64,000 nt of DNA from Chiloscyllium plagiosum (GCF_004010195.1 NC_057720.1:23052567-23116566); one strand, 5' to 3'; counted from the stretch's first letter, positions 24,670-37,243 are shown. Notes: generated by a model from the letters alone, not told the origin. Made by a program: numbers and translations.

Positions 24670-26800
24670 TAGTGGGTCTGAGAACAAATCAGGAGATAAT
24701 AAAAGCATGTAATAAAGTCAGTACATTAATTATGGGTGACTTAGATCTTCCTATCAATTGGGAAATTCAGATTGCAGAGGTAGCCTCAAAGTATAATTCA
24801 TACATATTATTCAGGGCAATTTCTGGAGCAATATTTCATGGATCCAACCAGACATAAGGCTATTCTGGATCTGGTGATGTGTAATGTGGCAGGTTTAATA
24901 AATGATCTCAGAGTAAAAGATTCCCTGAAAATGGTGACTGTAACATGGTAGAATTTAACATTCCGTCTGAGAGGGAGAAACCTTCTGTGGAAACAACTGT
25001 GCTAAACTTGAATATGTACAATTAGAAAAGAATGAGGAGAACTAGACTGGGAAAGGAGGTTAACAGAAAAAGTAGTTGAGGAACAATGGCAGATGTTTAA
25101 GAATATAGTTCATGGCTCAGAACAAAGGTGTATCCCTGTGAGAAAGAAAGATTCTAGGAACAGGACAAGTTCACTATTGTTAATCAGGAAGTTAAGAATA
25201 GCATCAAATTAAAATAAAAGAACACTCGATATGGAAAAGAGTGGTGGTAAACCAGAGAATTGGGAAAGTTTAAAAAACAAGAAAAGATGAACCAAAAAAT
25301 AATAGAGAAAGAAAATGAACTTTGAGGGGAAACTTGCAAGTAATATCAAGACAGACAGCAAGAGCTTCTTTTAATCTATCAAAAGGAAGAGAGAGGCCAG
25401 CGTGAACACAGGCTCCTTAGCGAACAAAGCTGTGGAAATAATAATGTGGAATCAAGAAAAGGCAGAAGAGTTGAATAAATACTTTGCATCAGTCTTAATA
25501 GTAGAAGACAGTAATAGCATTCCAAAAAAACAAATAAACAAGGGGCAAAAAATGGGAAATAAATGTAATAATTATGACTAGAGCAAAAGTACAGGGAAGT
25601 TATGGTGCTAAAAGTTGTTGGACCTGATGGGATGCATCTAAGGCTAATATAATAAGTAGCTTCAGAAAAAGTGGATATGCTAGAAACAATCATCCAAGAC
25701 TCCTTGAATTGTGGAAAAATGCTAGAAGTTTGGAAAACTGCCAATGTAACAACCCATTCAAAAGGGAAGGAGACAAGAAACAGATGACTATAGGCCAGTT
25801 AGCTTAAAATCTGAGAATGGAAAACTGTTGGAGTCTATCATAACGGATGTTTTAGCACTGTATTTTGAAGTACATGAAAACATCTAACAGGGCATTATGA
25901 AGGCAACTTTATTAGAATTCTTTGGGAAGATAAAAAGCAGGAAAGGTATAGGATAATAGTGGATGTAAAATATTTGGACTTTCAGAAGACATTTGATACG
26001 GCACTGCATGTTAACCTACTTAATAAGATCCTACTGTATTGGAAGCAGTATATTGGCATAGATAGAGGATTGATTAATAAATAGAAGAAAGAAACTTGGG
26101 ATAAGGAGACCATTTTCAGAATTGCAAACTATAATTGGTGGAGTGCCACAGGGACTAATGTTGGGCCAGAATTATTTACAATATATATTATTGACTTGGA
26201 TTAGAAAAGTAGATGTACTCCAGCCAAGTTTGCAGAAATAGATGGGAACGTAAATGATGAGGATGACACAAAGAATCTGTTGAAGAATATAGACAGGTGA
26301 CGTGAACACGCAAAGCCTCGGCAGATAGAATACACTGTGAAAAAATTTGAAGTTATGTACTTTCAGCAGGAAGAATAGAACAGCTGAATATTATTTAAAT
26401 GGAGAAAGACTACAGAAAGCTACAGCACAGAAGGATTTGGGAGTTGTTATGCATAAATTACAAAAAGCTACCATATGTGTTCAACAGCTAATGAGGAGAC
26501 AAATGGAATATTGACCTTTATTTTTAAGGGAATGGAATATAAAAGTAGAGGGGGCTTTGCTAAAATTGTACAAAACAGTAGTTGGACACAGTTAAGAAAC
26601 TGTAATTACTTAACTGGAATTAAGAAACTTGATATTACTTGCAAGTTTACCCTCAAAGTTTATTTTTTCACTCTATTATTTTTTGGTTCATCTTTTCTTG
26701 TTTTTAAAAATTTCCCAATCCTCTGGCTTCCCAAATGTAAATTAATTTGCTCCTCTTATCGAAGGAGATAGCTTTGGAGATAATCCAAAGAAGGTTCACT
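24670..26800 (+). mobile_element. Old CR1 LINE ORF2 (EN+RT), heavily disrupted; resumes at 31830
   Basis: IMGDL, AILDLVMCN, GPDGMH, WKTANVT, YRPVSL, LDFQKTFD, GVPQGLMLGP, AKFA and KGMEYKS remnants. Confidence 0.85.
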
Positions 26801-26804
26801 TAGT

Positions 26805-27174
26805 AGTTTTTTTTTCATTCACTCATGGGACATGGGTATCACTGGCTGGTTCAGTATTTATTGCCCAACCTTAGTTGCCCATGAGAAGGTGGTGGTGAGC
26901 TGCCGTCTTGAACTGCTGCAGTCCATGTGCTGCGGGTTTACCCAGGGTACACTTTGGAAGGGAATTCCAGGATCTTGACACAGAGACAATACAGGAACGA
27001 TGATATATTTTCAGTTCAGAATGGTGAATGGTTTGGAGGGGAACTTCCCATGTATCTGTTGTCCTTATCCATCTAGATGGAAGTGGTTATGGGTTTGGAA
27101 GGTGCTGTCTCAGGACCTTTGATGAATTTCTGCAGTGCATCTTGCAATTAGTACGCACTTCTGTTACTGAGTGT
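26805..27174 (-). mobile_element. 3' end of a tRNA-headed-family LINE (continues at 31096-31830)
   Basis: Minus-strand tail gggcaataaatactg...cccatgagtgaatg plus poly(A); colinear with 31096-31830. Confidence 0.75.
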
Positions 27175-27405
27175 CATAGAACAATACATAGAACAATACA
27201 GCACAGAACAGGCCCTTCGGCCCACGATGTTGTGCCGAACATTTGTCCTAGCTTAAGCATCTATCCGTGTACCTATCCAATTGCCGCTTAAAGGTCACCA
27301 ATGATTCTGACTCTGCCACTCCCACAGGCAGCACATTCCATGCCCCCACCACTCTCTGGGTAAAGAACCTACCCCTGACATCCCCCGATACCTTCCACCC
27401 TTCAC

Positions 27406-29458
27406 CTAAACTTTATGTCCCCTCTGTTGTACCCGGGGAAAAAGTCTCTGACTGTCTACTCTATCTATTCCGCTGATCATCTTATAAACCTCTATCAGGT
27501 CACCCTTCATCCTTCGCCGTTCGAATGAGAAAAGGCCGAGCACTCTCAACCTATCCTCGTACGACCTATTCTCCATTCCAGGCATCATCCTGGTAAATCT
27601 CCTCTTCCCCCTCTCCAAAGCTTCCACATCTTTCCTAAAATGAGGCGACCAGATCTGCACACAGTACTCCAAATGTGGCCTTACCAAGGTCCTATACAAC
27701 TGCAACATCACCTCACAACTCTTGAATTCAATCCCTCTGCTAATGAACGCTAATACACCATAGGCCTTCTTACAAGCTCTATCCACCTGAGTGGCAACTT
27801 TCAAAAATCTATGAACATAGACCCCAAGACCCCTCTGCTCCTCCACCTCACTAAGAACCCTACCGTTAACCGCTTTCTTATTTGTCCTTCCAAAATGGAC
27901 AACCTCACACTTGACAGGATTGAACTCCTCAGCCCAGCTCTGCATCATATCTAAGTCCCTTTGCAGCCAACAACAGCTCTCCACACTATCCACAACTCCA
28001 CCAACCTTCATATCGTCTGCAAATTTACTGACCCACCCTTCGACTCCCTCTTCCAAGTCATTAATAAAAATTACAAACAGCAGAGGACCCAGAATTGATC
28101 CCTGTGGAACTCCACTTGTAACTGGGCTCCAGGCTGAATATTTACCATCTACCACCACTCTCTGACTTTGACTGGTTAGCCAGTTCTCTATCCAACTGGC
28201 CAAACTTTCCACTATCCCATGCCTCCTGACTTTCCGCATAAGCCTACCATGGGGAACCTTATCAAATGCCTTACTAAAATCCATGTACACTACATCCACT
28301 GCTCTACCCTCATCCACATGCTTGGTCACCTCCTCAAAGAATTCAATAAGACTTGTAAGGCAAGACCTACCCCTTACAAATCCGTGCTGGCTGTCCCTAA
28401 TCAAGCAGTGCCTTTCCAGATACTCAAAAATCCTATCCGTCAGTACCCTTTCCTTTACTTTGCCTACCACCGAAGTAAGACTAACTGGCGTGTAATTCCC
28501 GGGGTTATCCCTATTCCCTTTTTTGAACAGGGGCACAACAATCGCCACTCTCCAGTCCCCGGGCACCATCCCCATTGACAGTGAAGATGAAAAGATCATT
28601 GCCAACGGTTCTGCCATTTCCTCTCTTGCTTCCCACATAATTCTAGGATAAATCCCGTCAGGCCCAGGGGACTTGTCTATCCTCAAGTTTTTCAAAAGGC
28701 CCAACACATCTTCTTTCCTAACAAGTATCTCCTTTGGCTTACCAGTCCGTTTCATACTCTCCTCTTCAACAATAAGGTCCCTATCATTTGTAAATACTGA
28801 AGAAAAATACTCATTCAAGACCTCTCCTATCTCTTCGGACTCAATACACAGTCTCCCACTACTGTCCTTGATCGGACCTAACCTTGTTCTTGCCATTCTC
28901 ATGTTTCTCACATACGCATAAAAGGCTTTGGGGTTATCCTTGATCCTACCAGCCAAAGATTTTTCATGCCCTTTCTTAGCTCTCCTAATCCCTTTCTTCA
29001 GCTCCCTCCTGGCTATCCTGTATCCCTCCAACGCTCTGTCCGAACCTTGTTTCCTCAACCTTATGTAAGCCTCCTTCTTCCTCCTTACAAGACATTCAAC
29101 CTCCCTCGTCAACCAAGGTTCCCTCACACGACCATCTCTTTCATGCTTGACAGGTATATACATATCAATGACACGTCGTATATGTTCCTTGAAAAAGTTC
29201 CACATTTCAACGACATCCTTCCCTGACAGCCTATGCTCCCAATTTATGCTCCTCAGATCCTGTCTTGCAGCATCGTATTTATCCTTCCCCCAATTGTAAA
29301 ACCTGCCCTGTTGCACGCAACTATCTCTCTCCAGAACCAAGGCGAAAGTCACAGAATTGTGGTCACCATCACCAAAATGGTCACCCACTAACAAGCCCAT
29401 CACTTGTCCCGGCTTGTTACCAAGTACCAAATCCAATATGGCCTCCCCTCTGGGCACT
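27406..29458 (-). CDS. CR1 ORF2: endonuclease C-terminus plus reverse transcriptase; N-terminus lost to an insert and the gap, C-terminus deleted
   Basis: Part of the 698-aa ORF: RGEAILDLVLGN, GDHNSV, KSPGPDGI, YMDFSKAFDKVPH, GVPQGSILGP, KFADD, LVRPHLEYCVQIWSP. Confidence 0.9.
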
Positions 29459-29546
29459 ACTGAAACTTTATTGCTGGAACAGCACAGCAGGTCAGGCAGC
29501 ATCTAGGGAACAGAAGATTCGACGTTTCGGGCACATGCCCTTCTTC
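29459..29546 (-). mobile_element. pLTR-type insert in the CR1 EN domain; hammerhead partly in the gap
   Basis: Minus strand reads gaagaagggcatgtgcccGAAACGTCgaatc; same sequence as 10332-10378. Confidence 0.8.
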
Positions 29547-30261
29547 NNNNNNNNNNNNNNNNNNNNNNNNNNNNNNNNNNNNNNNNNNNNNNNNNNNNNN
29601 NNNNNNNNNNNNNNNNNNNNNNNNNNNNNNNNNNNNNNNNNNNNNNNNNNNNNNNNNNNNNNNNNNNNNNNNNNNNNNNNNNNNNNNNNNNNNNNNNNNN
29701 NNNNNNNNNNNNNNNNNNNNNNNNNNNNNNNNNNNNNNNNNNNNNNNNNNNNNNNNNNNNNNNNNNNNNNNNNNNNNNNNNNNNNNNNNNNNNNNNNNNN
29801 NNNNNNNNNNNNNNNNNNNNNNNNNNNNNNNNNNNNNNNNNNNNNNNNNNNNNNNNNNNNNNNNNNNNNNNNNNNNNNNNNNNNNNNNNNNNNNNNNNNN
29901 NNNNNNNNNNNNNNNNNNNNNNNNNNNNNNNNNNNNNNNNNNNNNNNNNNNNNNNNNNNNNNNNNNNNNNNNNNNNNNNNNNNNNNNNNNNNNNNNNNNN
30001 NNNNNNNNNNNNNNNNNNNNNNNNNNNNNNNNNNNNNNNNNNNNNNNNNNNNNNNNNNNNNNNNNNNNNNNNNNNNNNNNNNNNNNNNNNNNNNNNNNNN
30101 NNNNNNNNNNNNNNNNNNNNNNNNNNNNNNNNNNNNNNNNNNNNNNNNNNNNNNNNNNNNNNNNNNNNNNNNNNNNNNNNNNNNNNNNNNNNNNNNNNNN
30201 NNNNNNNNNNNNNNNNNNNNNNNNNNNNNNNNNNNNNNNNNNNNNNNNNNNNNNNNNNNNN
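29547..30261. other. Assembly gap
   Basis: Run of N. Confidence 1.
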
Positions 30262-30826
30262 ACACGGTCCGAGACGTCTCGGACCCTGGCACCCGGGAGG
30301 CAACAAACCATCCGAGAGTCTCGCCCATGTCCACAGAACCGCCTGTCTGTCCCTCTAACTATAGAGTCTCCTATAACTAGCGCTCTCCTCCACTCCCCCT
30401 TTCCCTTCTGGGCCTCAGAGCCGGACCTCGTGCCAGAGACCCAGTCACTGCAGCTTACCCCAACTAGGCTGTCCCCCGCAACAGTATCCAAAGCGGTATA
30501 CTTATTGTGAGGGGAACGACCACAGGGGATCCCTGCACTGCCTGCTTCCTCCCCTTCCCACCTCTAACTGTTACCCAGCTACCTCTGTTCTCTGGTGTAA
30601 CTATGTCCCTGTAGCTTCTATCTATCACCCTCTCAGCCTCCCGAATAATCCTCAGTTCATCCAACTCCAGCTCCAGTTCCCTAACGCAGTCTGTGAGGAG
30701 CTGGAGCTGGCTGCATTTCCTGCAGATGAAGTCGGCAGGAGCATCGGTGGTCACCCCTACCTCAAACATCCTGCAGGAGGAACATTCCACTGCCTGCGCT
30801 GCCATAACTCTACAATTAGTCTCCAA
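30262..30826 (-). pseudogene. CR1 ORF1 (Cys motif, coiled coil, SGNH/GDSL esterase), frameshifted near 30510
   Basis: CSSCRMFE...FICRKC and VRELELELDELR, then in another frame NKYTALDTV...ALVIGDSIVRGTD...CCLPGARVRDV. Confidence 0.88.
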
Positions 30827-31095
30827 AACAAGAACACTAAGTAGCTTACCTGTTCAGCTGGCTGAGTCCTTTTTTTGAGGTTAGAGGAGGAGGGAGGGTG
30901 GGAGACACTACACATGTAGTGTCTCGGGTTCCTTCTCCACTCAAACTTCTTACCTTCCCAGAAGCCTCTGTTGACGACTTCCGGGTTCACGCTCCTAGTT
31001 AAAAAAAAACACAGACTGCGAAAAGAAAAACGTTAATTTAAACTGGTCTCCGCTTACCTTCCGGCTCCCCTCTCTGTGCGCCCGCTGTAGCACTG

Positions 31096-31830
31096 AAGTC
31101 ATTAACGAAGAGTGTAGATGTTTGTGCATGAGGTGCCAATTAAGTGGTTTGCTTTGTTCTGGATAATGTAAATATCCTTGAGTATCCAGGCAGATGGGGA
31201 GTATTCCATCACATTCCTGACTTGTGCATTATAGATGGTGAATAGGATTTGAAGAGTTAGGAGGTGGGTTATTCGATGCAGAATTTCTAGACTCTCACCT
31301 GCTTTTGTAGCACTGTGTTTATGTGGTGAGTCCAGTTGAGTTTCTGGTCAATAGCATTCCCCCCAGGATGTTGATTTTGGCAGATTCAGTGATGATAACA
31401 ACACTGAATATCAAAGGTTGGTGGTTAGATTATTGCTTATTGGAAATGGTCATTGCCTGGCATTTGTGTGATGTAAATATTACTTGCCAGTTTTTAGCCT
31501 AAGCATGGATATTGTTCAGACATTGGTGCTTTTGAACATGGGCAGCTTCTGTATGTCACAAATGGTGTTGAACATTGTGCAATCATCAATGAACATCCCA
31601 ATTCTGACCTTCTAATGGAGGTAAGATCATTCATGAAGCAGCTGAAGATGGTTGTGCTGAGGATATTATCCTGAGGAACTCCTGCAGAGATGTTCTGGAA
31701 CTCAGATGACTGACTTCCAACAGCTACAACTATCTTCCTATGTGCCAAGTATGACTCCAACCAGATGAAAGTTTGCCCTGATTCCCATTGATTCCAGGTT
31801 TGCTAGGGCTCCTTAATGCCACACTTAATC
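31096..31830 (-). mobile_element. RT portion of a tRNA-headed-family LINE
   Basis: ORF 31494-31760 ESYLAHRKIVV...ISAGVPQD...FSCFMNDL parallels 18188-18520. Confidence 0.85.
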
Positions 31831-32070
31831 AAATACTGCCTTGATACAGGTATAAAGAGACTATTTTTTCAGGAGAGGTTGTATAGATTGGGCTGTACTC
31901 ATTGGAATAAAAAAAAATGAGAGACACCTTATGAAAATATATAAGAAAACTTGACAGGCTCAATACAAAAAACTTGTTTACCTTGAGGGACAGTCTAGAA
32001 CCAGAGGGGTTAATCTCAGAATAAGGAGTCACTAAATGAAGACAGAGTTGAGGAAGAATTTTTTTTCTCA
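31830..32070 (+). mobile_element. 3' continuation of the old CR1 from 24670-26800
   Basis: ERLYRLGCTH..., SRTRG and RKNFFS-like remnants follow in order from the QRRFT-like motif at ~26775-26800. Confidence 0.65.
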
Positions 32071-32885
32071 CAAGTTAACTTTTTTGCGAAAATGCACCAC
32101 CTCACACTTCTGCCATTTACAAATCTGAACTGGTTATCAAATTATCCCATACGTAATTCAAACCTCTTCAAGTGCCTGTTGACAATTTTGCTTGAATATT
32201 ACTTTCAAAAGCATATCCACCACTGTCCAAGTGGCCAGTAGTTGTTGGGACTGTAATTGTACCTTTTCTTGAGTAAGAGTGCCATGTTTTCCATTTTCCA
32301 AATCCATGGCACCTACCCTATATCAAGAGATGCTTGGATGAATTTGGCAAGCCTTTCCACCATTTTCACTGCTTACTTCATATCACAAGCTGGATTGCAA
32401 ACTACTGGACCAGGTGACTTCTCCATCTGAACCATATACAACCTTTCCAATAACTCATCCTTTTCAATTTCCGCACTATCCATTATCTACTAACTTTTCT
32501 TCAACCTATACTTTATCAGATTCCTCTTCCTTAGTAAACGCTGATTAAGAAGCATCCATTGAGTACCCAATCATTGATCCATATTTCTAAGCAGTTTCCC
32601 ACATGCACTCAATTCTAAATTGAACCCATTTCTGTCAGAGAATAATGTATCTATGGAATTCTTTACTGCAGAGGGCTGGCAAAAATGGATAATTATGTAT
32701 ATTCAGGGCTGGGACAGACAGAGTTTTAATCAATGAGTGAATTAAGAGTTATAGGGAAAAGGCAGGAATGGAGGATTACCTGAGCTGGATCTTGTCCACT
32801 CCATCCATTTAATTTTTTTTTTCTTTTGTGATGTTATCCTTCTTTCTTCTTGCCACACATCCTGGAGTGGAATCGGTGATGGCCA

Positions 32886-35800
32886 GAGTGAAGCCAATAC
32901 AAACTCCCGGCCTCGAAACCCTCGAGTGAAGCCAGCACAGACTCTCAGCCTTGAGTGAAGCCAGCACTGACTCCCAGCCTTGAGTGAAGCCAGCACTGAC
33001 TCCCAGCCTCGAGTGAAGCCAGCACAGACTCTCAGCCTTGAGTGAAGCCAGCACAGACTCCCAGACTCGAGTGAAGTCAGCACAGACTCCCAGCCTCGAG
33101 TAAAGCCAGCACAGACTCCCAGCCTCAAGTGAAGCCAGCACAGACTCCCAACCTCGAGTAAAGCCAGCACAGACTCCCAGCCTCAAGTGAAGCCAGCACA
33201 GATTCCCAGACTCGAGTGAAGTCAGCACAGACTCCCAGACTCAAGACACTCGAGTAAAGCCAGCACAGACTCCCAGCGTTGAGACATTCAAGTGAAGCCA
33301 GTACAGACTCCCAGCCTCGAGTGAAGCCAGTACAGACTCCCAGACTCGAGTGAAGCCAGCCCAGATTCCCAGCCTCGAGTGAAACTGTACAGACTCCCAG
33401 CCTCGAGTGAAGCCAGCACAAGCTCCCAGCATCGAGTGAAGTCAGCACAGACTACCAGCCTCGAGACACTCGAGTGAAACCAGTACAGACTCCCAGCCTC
33501 GAGTGAAGGCAGCACAGATTCCAAGCCTCGAGTGAAGTCAGCACAGACTACCAGCCTCGAGTAAAGCCAGCACAGACTCCCAGCGTCGAGTGAAGCCAGC
33601 TCAGACTGCCAACCTCGAGTGAAGCCAGCACAGATGCCCAGCATTGAGACACTCGAGTGAAACCAGTACAGACCCGCAGCCTCGAGTGAAGCCAGCACAG
33701 ACTCCCAGCCTCGAGTGAAGCCAGCACAGACTCCCAGCGTGGAGTGAAGCCAGCCCAGACTCTCAGCCTCGAGTGAAGTCAGCACAGACTCCCAGCCTCG
33801 AGACACTCGAGTGAAACCAGTACAGACTCCCAGCCTCGAGTGAAGCCAGCACAGACTTCCAGCCTTGAATGAAACCAGTACAGACTTCCAGACACGAGTG
33901 AAATCAGCACAGACTTCCAGACATGAATGAAGCCAGCCCAGACTCGGGTGAAACCAGTCCAGACTCCCAGACTCGTGTGAAGCCAGCACAGACTCCCAGC
34001 GTTGAGACACTCAAGTGAAACCAGTACAGGCTCCCAGACTCGGGTGAAGCCAGCCCAGACTCCCAGACTTGAGTGAAGCCAGCCCAGACTCCCAGCATCA
34101 AGTGAAGCCAGCCCAGACTCCCAGCCTCGAGTGAGGCCAGCCCAGACTCCAAGCGTCAAGACACTCAGGTGAAACAAGTCCAGACTCCCAGCCTCGGGTG
34201 AAGCCAGCACAGACTCCCAGCCTCGAGTGAAGTCAGCACAGACTCCCAGCCTCAAGTGAAACCAGCCCAGACTCCCAGCCTCAAGTGAAGCCAGTCCAGA
34301 CTCCCAGCCTCGAGTGAAGCCAGCATAGATTCCCAGACTCGAGACACTCGAGTGAAGCCAACACAGACTCCCAGCGTTGAGACACTCAAGTGAAGCCAGT
34401 ACAGACTCCCAGCCTTGAGTGAAGCCAGTACAGACTCCCAGACTCAAGTGAAGCCAGCCCAGACTCCCAGCCTCGAGTGAAACCAGTACAGACCCCCAGC
34501 ATCAAGTGAAGCCAGCACAGACTACCAGCCTCGAGTGAAGTCAGCACAGACTACCAGCCTTGAGACCACCGAGTGAAGTCATCCCAGACTCCCAGACTCG
34601 AGTGAAGCCAGCCCAGACTCCCAGCCTCGAATGAAGTCACCACAGATTCCCAGCCTCGAGTGAAGCCAGCACAGACGCCCAGCATTGAGACACTTGAGTG
34701 AAAGCAGTACAGACCCCTAGCCTCGAGTGAAGCCAGCACAGACTCCCAGCATTGAGTGAAGCCAGCCCAGACTCCCAGCCTCGAGTGAAGTCTGCACAGG
34801 CTCCAAGCCTTGAGACACTCGAGTGAAACCAGTACAGACTCCCAGCCTCGAGTGAAGCCAGCACAGACTCCCAGCATCAAGTGTAGCCAGCCCAGACTCC
34901 CAGCCTTGAGTGAGGCCAGCCCAGACTCCAAGCGTCAAGACACTCAAGTGAAACGAGCCCAGAAACCCAGCCTCAGGTGAAGCCAGCACAGATTCCCAGC
35001 CTCGAGTGAAGTCAGCACAGACTCCCAGACTCGAGTGAAGCTAGCACTGGCTCCCAGCCTCGAGTGAAGCCAGCACAGACTATCAGCCTTGAGTGTAGCC
35101 AGCACAAACTCCCAGCCTCGAGCGAAGCCTGCACAGACTCTCAGCCTCAAGCGGAGCCAGCCCAGACTGCCAGCCTCGAGTGAGGCCAGCCCAGACTCCA
35201 AGCGTCAAGACACTCAAGTGAAACGAGCCCAGACTCCCAGCCTCGGGTGAAGCCAGCACAGACTCCCAGCTTTGAGTGAATCAGCCCAGACTCCCAGCTT
35301 CAAGTGAAGCCAGCACAGACTCCCAGCCTCGATACACTTGAGTGGAACCAGTACAGACTCCCAGACTCGAGTGAAGCCAGCACAGACTCCCAGCGTCGAG
35401 TGAACCCAGCACAGACTCCCAGCCTTGAGACACTTGAGTGAAACCAGTACAGACTGCCAGGCTCAAATGAAGCCAGCCCAGACTCGGGTGAAGACACTCC
35501 TAACTCCCAGACTTGAGTGAAGCCGGCACAGACTCCCAGCATCGAGACACTCAAGTGAAACCAGCACAGACTCTCAGCCTTGAGTGTAGCCAGCACAAAC
35601 TCCCAGCCTTGAGTGAAGCCAGCACAGACTCTCAGCCTCAAGTGGAGCCAGCCCAGACTCCCAGCCTCGAGTGAAGCTAGCACAGTCTCACAGCCTCAAG
35701 TGAAGCCAGCATTGACTCCCAAACTTGAGTGAAGCTAGAACAGACTCCCACCCTTGAGTGAAGCCAGCACAGACTCTCAGCCTTGAGTATAGCCAGCACA

Positions 35801-36272
35801 GCCTCCCAGCCTCGAGTGAAGCCAGCACAGACGCTTAGCCTCGAGTGGAGCCAGCAGAGACTCCCAGCATCAAGACACTTGAGTGGAGCCAGCCCAGACT
35901 CCCAGCCTCGAGTGAAGCCAGCACAGACTCCCAGCCTCGAGTGAAGCCAGCACAGACTCCCAACGTTGAGTGAAGCCAGCCCAGACTCCCAGCCTCGAGA
36001 CACTCGAGTGAAACCAGTATAGACTCCCAGCCTCGAGTGAAGCCAGCACAGACTCCCAGCATCGAGACACTCGAGTGAAGCCAGCCCAGACTCCCAGCCT
36101 CGAGTGAAGCCAGCCCAGACTCCCAGCCTCAAGACCATTGAGTGAAGCCAGTCCAGACTCCCAGCCTCGAGTGAAGCCAGCACTGACTCCCAGCCTCGAG
36201 TGAAGCCAGCACTGACTTCCAGCAATGAGTGAAGCCAGCCCAGATTTCCAGCCTCGAGACACTCGAGTGAAG
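32886..36272 (+). repeat. Minisatellite with 29-bp unit GACTCCCAGCCTCGAGTGAAGCCAGCACA and a 38-bp variant (+CTCGAGACA); roughly 110 units (estimate)
   Basis: Direct tandem repetition over ~3.4 kb with no unique spacers. Confidence 0.97.
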
Positions 36273-36598
36273 ACGACACGGACTGGAGGCGAGGCCCAAT
36301 GCGGACATGAGGCCAGCACAGCCCCATCTGCTGCATCTTTTCTGCTTGGTATGACTGTAAATCCGATCTTTTTTATTTCTTTAATCTTCTAATTAATTCT
36401 TAAGATGTTTGTGCGTAGATACCTTTTCTATCTAAGATCAAGCAAAGGTGCTGGACATTTTATTTCTTTATTTTCCTAATTTATTCCAAGAATCTGTACC
36501 TAGGTATCTTTGTATCTAAGATTCTGCTTTAAGCGGTGACTTTGTCAGCTATTTACTGTATTCATGGTAATATATGTGACAATAAACCTAAATCTCAT
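36273..36598 (+). mobile_element. 3' part of a retroposon-like repeat adjoining the array
   Basis: Ends atgtgacaataaacctaaatctca, matching the insert at 7730-7868 (atgtgacaataaaatctaaatctca). Has an internal duplication (36370-36440 vs 36458-36525). Confidence 0.55.
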
Positions 36599-36940
36599 TT
36601 ATGTCAGAGATGTTTTGCAGCATAACCTAATAGACTTGTGATCTGATTACCAAGATCACAGGGTATTCAGGATAAGCAGGGTTTTTTTCCCTTAGTTAAT
36701 TAAGTTTAAGATTTAGAAAGAAATAAAGGAACAACTAACTAGGAGGGTAAATTTGAATGGGTGAATTAGAATCAAATCAAGTTTGTAGAAGTAAATAATG
36801 GGAGTGAAAGAAAGATTGAATTTGCAGAAAGCAAAACTACTGTTGGAAACGAAAAAGAATAGCAATATTATGATTTAATATTCTGAAGTTTCCAAGAATA
36901 ATTTGTCAACTACCAGTATTTATATAGTACCATTAATGTA

Positions 36941-37243
36941 ATTAGATTACTTACAGTGTGGAAACAGGCCCTTCGGCCCAACAAGTCCACACCGACCCGC
37001 CGAAGCGTAACCCACCCAGACCCATTCCCCTACATTTACCCCTTCACCTAACACTATGGGCAATTTAGCATGGCCAATTCACCTAACCTGCACATTTTTT
37101 GGACTGTGGGAGGAAACCGGAGCACCCGGAGGAAACCCACGCAGACACGGGGAGAATGTGCAAACTCCACACAGTCGCCTCAGGCGGGAATTGAACCCGG
37201 GTCTCTGGCCCTGTGAGGCAACAGTGCCTCACTGTGCCACCGT
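36941..37243 (-). mobile_element. HE1-type V-SINE
   Basis: Reverse-complement match to 40032-40350. Confidence 0.93.

Larger units (their letters stand above)
27175..31090 (-). mobile_element. Young near-full-length CR1 LINE (5'UTR, ORF1, ORF2, 3' tail); contains an assembly gap
   Basis: ORF1 and ORF2 below; tail repeat tattgttctatg at 27175-27198; CpG-rich. Confidence 0.95.

Noticed and set aside
29459..29502. N-terminus MLPDLLCCSSNKVSV of the 698-aa ORF
   Set aside because: Derived from the pLTR insert fused in frame by chance; not a CR1 start.
29265..30491. Long ORFs spanning N runs (also 45876-46219 and 54230-55351)
   Set aside because: Artifacts of translating across assembly gaps.
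32886..36272. CRISPR-like array of ~29-bp palindromic repeats
   Set aside because: Units abut with no unique spacers, there are no cas genes, and the context is vertebrate. It is a minisatellite.
32742..36336. Many overlapping minus-strand ORFs up to 240 aa
   Set aside because: By-product of a stop-poor 29-bp unit cycling through all frames; the same peptides appear in every frame.
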